NCBI GenBank assembly: GCA_030390025.1
Contig: CM059449.1
Coordinates: forward strand, 33,170,001-33,234,000
Length of the DNA: 64,000 nt
Source: Squalus acanthias
Lineage: Eukaryota
Reading direction: 5' to 3'
The translations under genes and the position numbers were made by a program. Below the pieces are notes generated by a model. It saw only the letters and a program-made list of their open reading frames with translations, did not search any database and was not told where the DNA came from. Shown here in pieces: positions 12,819-23,905 of this stretch. The stretch's first letter is position 1. Each line of letters begins with the position of its first letter.

Positions 12819-14619
12819 GTTAAATGGCTTCTCCGAATTAAAACACAACAGGAATCATTTTAACTGTGGGAATGAATGCAAAAGGAGCGATATCGAATTG
12901 ACCGCACACCAGGCAGCATTGTCTGAAATACAAAGGAAACAGGAAGTGGTGTAAAATGGGCGGCTAATGTGATAGAATCCATTCGACACTATCGTCCAAA
13001 ACTAAAATTACTCCAATTACAGCCCTGCAAATGGACCCAAATTGTTCAATAGAAATGTGCACAGAGTAACTTCCCGTCGAATTCCTCACCCTCAGTGAAA
13101 GCATATGGACTGGCGTTTCCTGTTTCTGCGCTCACCAGCCTGATTTTATTTTCAATTAAAATGAAAAAACGGGGGACAGGGCTTTCTCGTTCGAGAGCGC
13201 GGAAACTGCAAACCGCGGCCATTGTAATTTAGAATTACAGAGGGTTTCAGCTCGATAAGAATCATTCAATACTCTCACTGCTACTGGTTTAAGGTAACTG
13301 AGTAAGACAATTTTATTACATGTTGTCCTTGTTTTGTACCAGTATTCAGGCAAATAATTTACTGTTTCTGTCCATTCCTGCTAGAACACGGAATCCGTGA
13401 TCGTATTTCTTATTGAAAAAGACGTGAGATACGATCTGAATTCATGTCTTACCTGTTTACAACCTCTAACACACAATAAAGTGTTCGAGAAGAGATAACA
13501 CGATGAAGCACTGTCTCCACCACTTAATGATCATGGTGGGGGTGATGGATTGTTGTGAGCTTCGGCAGGAGTAGGAGGGTGGGATAGATTTTAGTAATAT
13601 TGGTGGTGTTCCAGAAAAGCAGAGCGCTGGTGTGGGAGTCCTGCGGCTCACTTGCAGGGCAATGGGTGAGCTTAGACTTTACCCAGTGGAGGCAGAGGTC
13701 TAACACTTAGTAATGCTGCGACTCGATTTGTAGATTTAGAGAAATCAGATTATGGAACCAGGACTAAATGCAACAGTTTTGCTGCAGGTGTGCTGAGGTG
13801 TGACAGGACAAAGTGATGACCCCGGGTTCTGTAGCGCTGCGGTAGCGGTTCTGAGGTTAATTTACACTGGGGGGACGGTGCTTGGGTTTAAACCGAACTG
13901 GGAATGGAGTATTCGGAGAATTGGTCCGTGGACAATCCTTTCCTTTGGCAGTATCGCAGAAGTAGAACCGGAGTCTTGCAGAAGTAGTGAGTGGTGACTG
14001 TTTTCTGGCGAGGGAGCAATCGGAAGTGTATGACACCATTGGTGGGAGTGGGAGGATCCCAGGATCTGACAACATTTCGGTGGATGGCCATGAATGTGAA
14101 ATTAACTTCGTCAGAAATCTCTCTGTAGATACTGAAGTCAGCGATTTCTCATCGGTTCTTTGAAAATTACTAAAGGGTTTCAGACGTTAACAACATCTGA
14201 CTGCTTTAACAGACAAACGTTCAATAAATTCACAAGCGCTCACCGGATCATTTTATTTCAATGATTGAATAAAAACTTTAAAATATTTTATACTGTTGGC
14301 TTCTGAATATTGCGATGCCGAAGTGGCAAAAACTCAACATAAATTATCGAATGTTTGTTTTTAAAATACAAATGTACAGACAATCGTCAGGTAAACATAC
14401 TAAACCGAACAAATAGAAACAACACAGCGAGTAAGTGCTTTAAACAGGGAATTTCCTCTGAGCCAGATTTAATTATAACACAATGAAGGAAGTGGAAATG
14501 ATCTTTCTGTTAAATTAACTTCAAATATGTGTTTAAATTGATTTTGTTTCAACATAATTTGAAACAATGGATTCAATATACACTAGGGAATATACAATTC
14601 AACAAATAATAAAATAACT

Positions 14620-15081
14620 TGCAGACTGGGCAGTTACTGGCAAATTAACTTCAACATAAATAATTGTGAGGTAATTAACCTTGGTAGGAAAAGTATAAAC
14701 ATCCACTAAACCTAAAAACATAAGAAACTAATTGGGGTAAAAAGCAAATGGAAATCAGGGATACAGGTTAACACATCATTTAAAGCAGCATCGCAGGTCA
14801 CCAAAGCAATTAAAATGCTAACAAAGTACTGGGATGAATTTACAAGAGTACAGAATGCAAAAGTAATGCAGTTATGTAAAATTTGTATAGGCCCGTGGTC
14901 AGGCCGCACTTGGCTCAGTTTTGGGCTCCATACTATAAAAAGGGCATCGAAGCACTGGAGAAAGAGCAGAAATGATTTACAAGGCTGCTACCAGCATGGA
15001 GCGATTGCAGCTATCGAAAGAATGAACAGTTTGGCGCTTTACTTAATTATAAAAGAGAAGACTTATAGGTAACCTGAGCGA
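14620..15081 (+). mobile_element. Old CR1 RT/3' fragment; probable continuation at about 22725-22945
   Basis: Degenerate WQINFN..CEVI and RPHL-like segments. The WNSLPQEVVEA segment resumes after the nested block. Confidence 0.65.
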
Positions 15082-18000
15082 TAAGAACATAAGAACATAA
15101 GAAATAAGAGAACATAAGAAATAAGAGCAGGAGTAGGCCTTACGGCCCCTCGAGCCTGCTCCGCCATTCAATAAGATCATGGCTGATCATCGACCTCAAC
15201 TCCATTTTTCTGCCAGATGTCCATATCTTTGATTCCCCGAGAGTCAAAAATCTATCTAGCTCCGCCTTCACTATATTCAAAGACTCAGCATTCACAGCCC
15301 TCTGCTGCAGAGAATTCCAAAGATTCACAACCTCTGAGTGAAGATATTCCTCCTCATCTCGGTCTTAAATGGCCTAACCCTTATCCTGAGACTATGTCCC
15401 CTAGTTCTAGACAATCCAGCCAGGGGAAGCAACCTCTCAACATCTACCCTGTCAATCTCCTTAAGAATCTTCTATGTTTCAATGAGATCGCATCTCATTC
15501 GTCTAAACTCCAGAGAGTACAGGCCCATTCTACACAATCTTTCATCATAGGACAGCCCTATCATCCCAGGAATCAATCTAGTGAACCTTCGTTGCACCAC
15601 CTCCAAGGCAAGTATATCCTTCCTTAGATAAGGAGACTAAAATTTTGCACAGTACTCCAGGTGTGGTCTCACCAAGGCCCTGTACTATTGCAGCAAGACG
15701 TCCTTACTCTTATACTCCAACCCCCTTGCAATAAAGCACAACATGCCATTTGCCTTCCTTATTGCTTGCTGTACCTGCATGCTAGCTTTCTGTGTTTCTT
15801 GCACGAGGGCACCCAAATCTCTCTGAACATCAACATTTGAAAGTTTCTCATAATTTAAAAAAAATATTCTGCCTTTCTATTCTTCCTACCAAAGTGAATA
15901 ACCTCACATTTCCCTACATTATAATCCTGCTGCCAACTTACTGCCCACTCACTTAGTCTATCTATATCCCTTTGCAGACTCTTTGTGTTCTCCTCACAGC
16001 TTACTGTCCCACCTCGCTTTGTATCATCAGCAAACTTGGATAAATTACACTCGGTCCCTTCATCTAGGCCATTAATATAGATTGTAAATAGCTGAGCCCC
16101 AAACACTGATTCTTGCGGCACCCCACTAGTTACAGCCTGCCAACCTGAAAAAGATTCGTTTATCCCCACTCTCCGTTTTCTGTCCGTTAACCAATCCTCT
16201 ATCCATGCTACTATATTACCCTCCAACCCCATGAGCCCTAATCTTGTTTAATAACCCTTTATGTGGCATTTTATCGAATGCCTTTTGGAAATCCAAATAT
16301 ACTACATCCACTGGTTCCCCTTTATCTACCCTGCTAGTTACATCCTCAAAAATCTCTAATAAATTTGTCAAACACGATTTCCCTTTCATAAAACCATGTT
16401 GACTCTGCCTTATCATGTTATGATTTTCTAAGTGCACTGATACCATTTCCTTAACAATGGATTCCAGCATTTTCCCGACGACTGATGTTAGGCTAACTGG
16501 CCTGTGTTCCCTGTTTTTTTCTCTCCCTCCTTTCTTAAATAGTGGTGTTACATTTGCGACCTTCCAATCCGCTGGGACCATTCTAGAATCTAGGTTTTTT
16601 GGAAGATAAAAACTAATGCATCCACTATCTCTTCAGCCACCACTTTAAGTACCCTAGGATGTAGGCCGTCAGTTCCAGGGAATTTGTCGGCTTTTAGACC
16701 CATTAGTTTCTATAATACTTTTTCTCTACTTATAGCAATTATATGAAGTTCCCCCCTCTCATTCTATCCTTGGTTCCCCACCATTTTGGTATGTTTTTTG
16801 TGTCTTCTACTGTGAAGACAGATACAAAATATTTGTTTAACCTTTCTGCCATTTCCTTATTCCCCATAATAATTTCTCCTGTCTCAGCCTCTAAGGGACC
16901 AAAGTTTACTTTTGCTTATCTCTTCCTTTTTACATATGAATCGAAGCTCTTACAATCTGCTTTCATATTTCTTGCTAGTTTTCTCTCGTATTCTATTTTT
17001 TCCCTTTCTATCAATTTTTTGGTCAACCTTTGCTGGTTTCTGAAACTGTCCCAATCCACAGGCTTACTCTTCTTCTTTGCAATATTATAAGCTTTTTCTT
17101 TTAATCTAATGCTATCCTTAACTTCTTTAGTGAGCCACGGTTGGATCACTTTCCCCGTGGAGTTTTTCTTTCGCAATGGAATGTATTTTGCTGAGAATTA
17201 TGAAATGTTTATTTAAATGCTAGCCACTGCTTTTCTACCACCATACCTTTTAATCTTTTTCCAATCTACTTTAGCCAACTCACCCCTCATACCTATGTAA
17301 TTGGCGTTATTTAAGTTTCAGACTCGAGTTTCGGACTTAGGCAAGTTAATCTCAAAATTAATGTTAAATTCTATCATATTATGATCACTATGCCCCAAAG
17401 GATCATTTACTATGTGATTGCTAATTAACCCAGTCTCATTACACAATACAAGATCTAAAGTAGCCTGTTCCCTGGTTGGTTGCATGAAATATTGTTCTAG
17501 CAAACTTTCTCGAATGCATTTCATGAACTCGTTCTCCAGATTACCTTTGCCAATTTGATTTGTCCAGTCTATATTAAGATTAAAGTCCCCCAAGATTATT
17601 GCATTACGTTTGTTGCAAGCTCCTAATATTTCTTGGTTAATATTCTGTCCAACGCTATAGCTACTGTTAGGGGGCCTACATACTACACCTGCCAATGATT
17701 TCTGCCCCTTGTTATTCCTTATCTCCAACCATACTGATTTATTTCCTGATCTTCTGAGCCGAGATCCTTTCTCGCTACTGTGCTTATGTCATCCTTTTTA
17801 ATCACGGCTACAACCCCACCCCACCCTTTTCCATTCTGCCTGAGCAATTGAAACGTCGAGTACCCTGGAACATTTAGTTCCCAGCCTTGGCCACCTTGTA
17901 ACCACGTCTCTGTAATGGCTATTAGATCAAACCCATTTATCTCTATTTGTGCCAACAGTTCATCTATCTTTTTAGGAATGCTTCGTGCATTCAGATAAAA

Positions 18001-19118
18001 AGCCTTTAATTTATCTCTTATACCATTATTCCCTGCTTTGACCTTATTCTTTGATGCATTGCTACCGGTGAACTCTCTGTCCCTTCCTGTCACAATGCTT
18101 ATTTTTACCAAAATCGCTACACTGCTCTATTGCCATGACCTTTCTATTTAGATTTCTAAATTTCACCTCACCTGATGTCCCACCTCATTTTTTTTACTTT
18201 AAAACCCTATCTACAGCCCTAGTTATTCGATTCGCCAGGACTCAGATCCCAGTCCAGTTTAAGTGGAGACCGTCCCAAGGGAAAAGCTCCCTCATTTCCC
18301 ACTAATGGTGCCAGTGCCCCATGAATTGAAAACACTTTTTCCCACACCACATTTGAGCCACCCATTTAACTCTCTAATCTGCTTGACCCTATGCCATTTT
18401 TCTAGTGGCTCAGGTAATAATCCAGAGATTATTACCCTTGTGGTTCTGCTTATTAGTTTAGACCATAGCTCCTCCAGCTCCCTCATCAGAACGTCATTAT
18501 TAGTTCTCCGTATGACGTTGGTTCCTACATGGATCACAACAACTTGATCCTCCCCCTCCCACTCCAAGATCTTCTCCAGCCACGAGGAGATATCCTTAAC
18601 CCTGGCACCGGGCAGGCAAAAGAGCCTTTGGGACTCTCTTTCGCGGCTGCAGAGAAGAGTATCTATCCTCCTGACTATATAGTCTCCTACTACTATCACA
18701 TTCCTTCCTTCTCCCCCAACTTGGAAGTCCCCCTGTACCACAGTGCCATGATCAGTTTGCCCATCCACGCTGCACTCCTTTTCCTCATCCATACAGGTAG
18801 AAAGTACCTTGTACCTGTTGGACAAGGTCCAGCGCTGAGGCTCCTCCATCACTACATCCTAAGTCCCCATACCTTCCCGACTCGCAGTCACACCCTCCTG
18901 TCCCTGACCACTGACGAACTCTAAAGTGCTACTTAACTTAAAGGGTGTGACTGCCTCCTGGAACAAAGTGTCCAGGTAACTTTTCCCCTCCCTGATGCAT
19001 CGCAATGTCTGCAGCTCGTACTCCAGCTCAATAATTCTGGGCCGAAGTTCCTCGATGCAGACACTTACTGCAGATGTGGTTGCTCGGGATCGCGATGCTC
19101 TCCACAATCTCCCACATG
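15082..19118 (-). mobile_element. Near-full-length CR1 LINE: ORF1 (zinc finger plus SGNH/esterase-like) and ORF2 (APE plus RT), decayed
   Basis: VVGDYIVR..CLPGARV..HVGTN (ORF1); YLNARS, AITETW, GDFN, SDHN, KFADDTK (ORF2); (TTCTTATG)n tail read on the minus strand at 15082-15125. Confidence 0.96.
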
Positions 19119-21228
19119 GAGGATAGAGCAGATGAATGCGTGGCTAAAGAGTTGGTGCAGGAGGGAGGGCTTTAGTTTCCTGGATCATTGGGTCTGCTTC
19201 TGGGGAAGGTGGGACCTGTACAAGTCGGACGGGTTGCACCTGAACCGGAACGGGACCAACATCCTTGCGGGGAGGTTTGCTAGTATTGTTTGGGGGGGGA
19301 GAGGGGATACGGAGAGGAGCAATAGTAGGGGGTGATGCACAGCCAAATATAGAGGAAAATACAAGTCAGCCAGGAAGGAAGAGCAAATATGTAACGGCAC
19401 AAGGGAGTATGGCAAGGCTGGATGGCATTTATTTTAATGCAAGGAGTCTTGCGAGTGAGGAAGATGAATTGAAGGTGTTGATGAACACATGGGAGTATGA
19501 TATTGTTGCTATCACAGAGACATGGTTGAGGGAGGGGCAGGACTGGCAGCTCAATATTCCGGGGTATAGAATCTTCAGGCGAGACAGAGGGGGGTGTAAA
19601 AGAGGAGGGGGTGTCGCAGTATTAATCAAGGAGTCAATTACTGCTGTAAGGAGGGATGATATCTTAGCAGGTTCCCCTAATGAGGCCATATGGGTAGAAC
19701 TTAAAAACAAAAAGGGGGCAAGCAAACAGTCAGGGGGAGATAGAGGAACAGATATGTCGGCAAATTTCAGAGAAGTGTAGAAATAATAGGGTAATAATAG
19801 TAGGGGATTTCAACTTCCCCAATATTAACTGGGATAGTCAGAGTGTGAAAGGCTTAGAGGCTGAGGAATTCTTGAAGTGCATCCAGGAGAGCAATTTGAG
19901 CCAGCATGTAGAAAGTTCGACAAGAGAGGGGGTGGTACTGGACCTAATTCTAGGAATATAGCCGGGCAAGTGGTAGAAGTGTTAGTAGGAGAGCATTTTG
20001 GTGACAGGGACCATAATTCAGTGAGATTTAAGGTAGTGATGGAAAAGGACAAAGATGGACCGGAAATAAAGCTTCTAAATTGGGGGAAGGCCGATTTTAA
20101 TATGGTAAGGCAGGATCTGGCCAAAGTGGACTGGGATCAGCTACTTGTAGCAAAATCCACTTCAGAGCATTGGGAGTCTTTCAGAAAAGAAATAGAGAGA
20201 GTACAACGCCAACATGTTCCCGTAAAGGTCAAGGTGGGACCAACAAGCCCAGGGATCCCTAGATGTCAAGGGATATACGAGAATGGATTAGGAAAACAAG
20301 GGAGGCTTTTGGCAGTTACAAAGAACTAAAAAGAGTAGAAGCCCCAGAGGAGTATAGAAAGTGCAGGGGGGTACATAAAAAAGAAATTAGGAGAGCGAAG
20401 AGGGGGCATGAAAAAACACTGGCGGGCAAACTAAAGGCAAATCCCAAGGTGTTTTATAAGTATATTAAGGGCAAGAGGATAACCAGGGAAAGAGTAGAGC
20501 CCATTAGGGACCAAAGTGGCAATCTGTGTGTAGAGCCAGAAGATGTAGGAGAGGTTTTAAATGACTATTTTGCATCTGTGTTCACCTTGGAGAAGGACGA
20601 TGTAGGCTTAGAAATCAGGCAGGGGGATTGTGATATACTTGAACAAATTAGTATTGAGAGGGAGGAGGTACTAGCGGTTTTAAAAGTGGATAAATCCCCA
20701 GGCCCAGAAGAGATGTATCCCAGGCTGCTGTGTGAGGCAAGGGAGGAGACAAAAATTTTCAAAACCTTTCTGGCCACAGGGGAGGTGCCAGAGGACTGGA
20801 GAACAGCTAACGTAGTACCATTATTCAAGAAGTGTAGTCGGGATAACCCAGGGAATTACAGGCCAGTGAGCCTAACATCAGTGGTAGGGAAATGATTCGA
20901 AAAAGTTCTGAGGGACAGAATTAGTCTCCACTTGGAGAGGCAAGGATTAATCAAGAATAGTCAGCATGGCTTTGTCAGGGGGAGATCATGTCTGACCAAT
21001 TTGATTGCATTTTTCGAGGGGGTGACTCGGTGTGTGGATGAGGGTAGTGCAGTTGATGTGATCTACATGGACTTCAGTAAGGCTTTTGACAAAGTTTCGC
21101 ATTGGAGACTGGTCAAGAAGGTAAGAGCCCATGGGATGCAGGGCATCTTGGCACATTGGATCCAAAATTGGCTCAGTGGCGGGAGGCAGAGGGTGATGGT
21201 CGAAGGTTGTTTTCGTGACTGGAATTAT
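19119..21228 (+). mobile_element. CR1 internal fragment from a different subfamily (ORF1 end, APE, RT start), head-to-head with the preceding element
   Basis: DGLHLN, YFNARS, AITETW, KSPGP and DFSKAFDKV motifs; truncated at both ends. Confidence 0.92.
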
Positions 21229-21978
21229 GGAAACCTCAACTGAGGATTCCCCTCTACAGTGGTTGACACGGCCCTCGACTGTGTCGGTTCTATCTCCCGC
21301 ACTTCTGCCGTCACCCCTGCCCCACCCTCCCGGAACAACAATAAAGTTCCCCTTGTACTCACCTTTACTCCACCAGCCTCCACATTCAACGGATCATCCT
21401 CCACCATTTCCGCCACCTCCAGCTTGATCCCTCCAACAAACGCATGTTCCCCTCACCTCCCCTTTCAGCTTTCCGTCGTGACCGCTCCCTCCGTGACACC
21501 CTAGTTCACTTCTCTATCACCCCCAGCACCCCTTCCCCTTCGCCCGGCACCTTCCCTTGCAAGCACAGGAGATGCAACACATGCCCTTTTACCTCCTCCC
21601 TTCCCACTGTCCAGGGCCCCAAACACCCCTTCCAGGTGAAACAGCGATTTACTTGTGCTTCTTGCAATTTAGTATACTGTATTCGCTGCTCACAATGTGG
21701 TCTCCTCTACATTGGGGAGACCAAACGCAGATTGGGAGACCGTTTATGGAACACCTCCGTTCAGTCTGTAAAGGGGACCCCGAGCTTCCGGTCGCCTGCC
21801 GCTTTAATTCTCCGCTCCATTCAGACTCAGACCTCACCATCCATGGCCTCTTGCATTGTTCCACGGAAGCTCAGCATAAGCTCGAGGAACAGCACCTCAT
21901 CTTTCGATTAGGCACTTTGGACTCTGGACTCTGGACTCAACATAGAGTTCAGCCGTTTCAGATCATAACCTCCCCCCT

Positions 21979-21981
<3 letters not shown>

Positions 21982-22016
<35 letters not shown>
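21982..22016. repeat. (TA)n microsatellite
   Basis: Direct reading. Confidence 0.95.
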
Positions 22017-22020
<4 letters not shown>

Positions 22021-22291
22021 CCACACTTTTTGTTCGTGCCTTTTGTTCTTCTCTCCCACATGACAGCTGTCTTTCATTCTGCCAGCGCAACTCACACTTC
22101 ATCTGGAGCCATCCTTTGTTTCTTAACCTGTCCCATTACCATCTCATTTTGCCTTGAATATCTCCTAATGTCTCTTTAATTCTCCTGCCTTTTATCCTAT
22201 CACAGACCTTCCCTTTTGTTCTTTCATCCCCTCCCCCATTTCCCAGCCGCTAAACTTGCTTTAAAATCTGTTCCATTTCCTACTTTTTTCC

Positions 22292-22328
22292 AGTTCTGAC
22301 GAAAGGTCATCGACCTGAAACGTTAACT
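22292..22328 (+). ncRNA. Minimal type I hammerhead ribozyme motif in the Penelope pLTR
   Basis: AGTT-CTGACGA-A-AGGTC-ATC-GACCT-GAAA-CG-T-T-AACT: intact core, stem II, ACGU palindrome and stem I. Confidence 0.7.
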
Positions 22329-22447
22329 CTGTTTCTCTCTTCAAGATGCTGCCTGACCTGCTGACTGTCTCCAGCATTTTCTGTTTTTATTTCAGATTTC
22401 CAGCATCTGCAGTATTTTCTTTTTGTAATAGCTAGGTCCCATTTGGC

Positions 22448-22666
22448 TTTTAATCCCTCCTGCCTTCCATCCTATCACAGACCTTCCCTTTTGTTCGTTA
22501 CTTCACTTCCCACTTTCCCTGCCCCTACACTTCCTTAAAAAATGATTACATCTCTAACTTTTTCCAGTTCTGACGAAGGGTCATCGACCTGAAACGTTAA
22601 CACTGTTTCTCTCTCTACAGATGTTGTCTGATCTGATGAGTATTTGCAGCAGTTTCTGTTTTTACT
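22448..22666 (+). mobile_element. Second partial Penelope pLTR copy containing a hammerhead motif (22566-22601)
   Basis: Repeats about 22175-22390. Flanked by a near-identical direct repeat of about 20 bp, ATAGCTAGG(T/A)CCCAT(T/G)TGG. Confidence 0.8.
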
Positions 22667-23559
22667 ATAGCTAGGACCCATGTGGGCTCCCATAGCAACA
22701 CCTTTTATTTGGAGAACGTGATGATCTTATAATGTGGAACTCGCTACCACAGGAAGTGGTTGAGGCAAGTACCTATGATGCTTTCAAAAGGAAACTAGAA
22801 GATTGCATGGGAGAAAAAGGAATATGCTGAAATACTGAGATGAGATAGATAGAATGGGAACAACTCATGTGGAGTACAAACACCAGCACAGATTAGTTGG
22901 GCTGGATGGCGTGTTTCTCTGCTGTATGTTGTATGTAATATACACAACCCGCCAGGCTGTAAACTGATGGATCGATCGACCACCAGTTTTACACCACACT
23001 CAATTTTACTTACATGGGGTGTGAATGGCCGGCAGATCCTTTCGCCTCAGTTCGCCTCTGGGAGGGATAGATTACAATTAATGACGTATTTGTTTTTACC
23101 AATTTTGAATGGGAACAGATGCTCAGCTGGTACAATCACTCCATTGGATCTTATTAATTATTTTATCATTGCCACTATGATGCAAGAATGTGGGAATAAG
23201 AAGTAACAGTTGCTGAATCATGGGCTTTTCCCGGAGTAAGAGCTAAGTTAACATTGGACGTTAGTGTTAAATGGATGGTCTAGAATTGAGTTCCAATTAT
23301 GCGTAGCAGCTGATTTCTCTATCATTGTCTTCAATGAAAGAGAAAATCGGACGTTTTTTAGAATTGTCCACTTATTCATTGTCCTCCATTTTAAAGTTAT
23401 AATTCCCCCAGGCCTATGGCGGAGGAGTGAAATACAAACCACAATTTCAGGATTTTCACATGAAAAAATCTCGAATTTGCGGTCAATTTCAAAGGCAGAA
23501 AGATGGCGAACGCTGGCAGTTCACCATCATCAGGACCACAAATTGGTGAAACTGATTCT

Positions 23560-23905
23560 TCATAGATATTTAACTTAAATATTGTAATGAAACTGAATCC
23601 CATTTAGTTATTTAATGTACATTGTGTAATGAAACTGATTCCCATTTAGTTATTTAAATTAAATAGTACAATGAAATTGATTCCTTATATTTATTTAATT
23701 TAAATACTGTAATGAACTTTATTCCCTATTTTTATATAATGTAAAATATTTACATGAATTAACTATTTGGAAATCAGTGTCATTATAATATTTAAATTAA
23801 ATAACTATATGGGAATCAGTTTCATTATAATATTTACTTTTCATAACTATATGATAATCAGTTTTATTACAATATTTAAGTTGAATAACTATATGGGAAT
23901 CATAT
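23560..23905. repeat. AT-rich fold-back: about four 42-bp tandem units followed by about three inverted units
   Basis: AATGAAACTGATTCCCATTTAGTTATTTAA recurs at 42-bp spacing, followed by its reverse complement TAAATAACTATATGGGAATCAGTTTCATT. Confidence 0.8.

Larger units (their letters stand above)
21233..22427 (+). mobile_element. 5'-truncated Penelope-like element (GIY-YIG endonuclease with Cys/His zinc motif) plus 3' pseudo-LTR
   Basis: VPLVLTF, GTFPCKHRRCNTC, NLVYCIRCSQCGLLYIGETKRRL..RF.EH and EQHLIFRLGTL motifs; frameshifted. Confidence 0.92.

Noticed and set aside
13480-14160. Possible gene fragment (similar patches at about 9750, 34090, 56040 and 63200)
   Set aside because: Looks like highly decayed LINE sequence. 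I cannot assign a family, and there is no exon structure.
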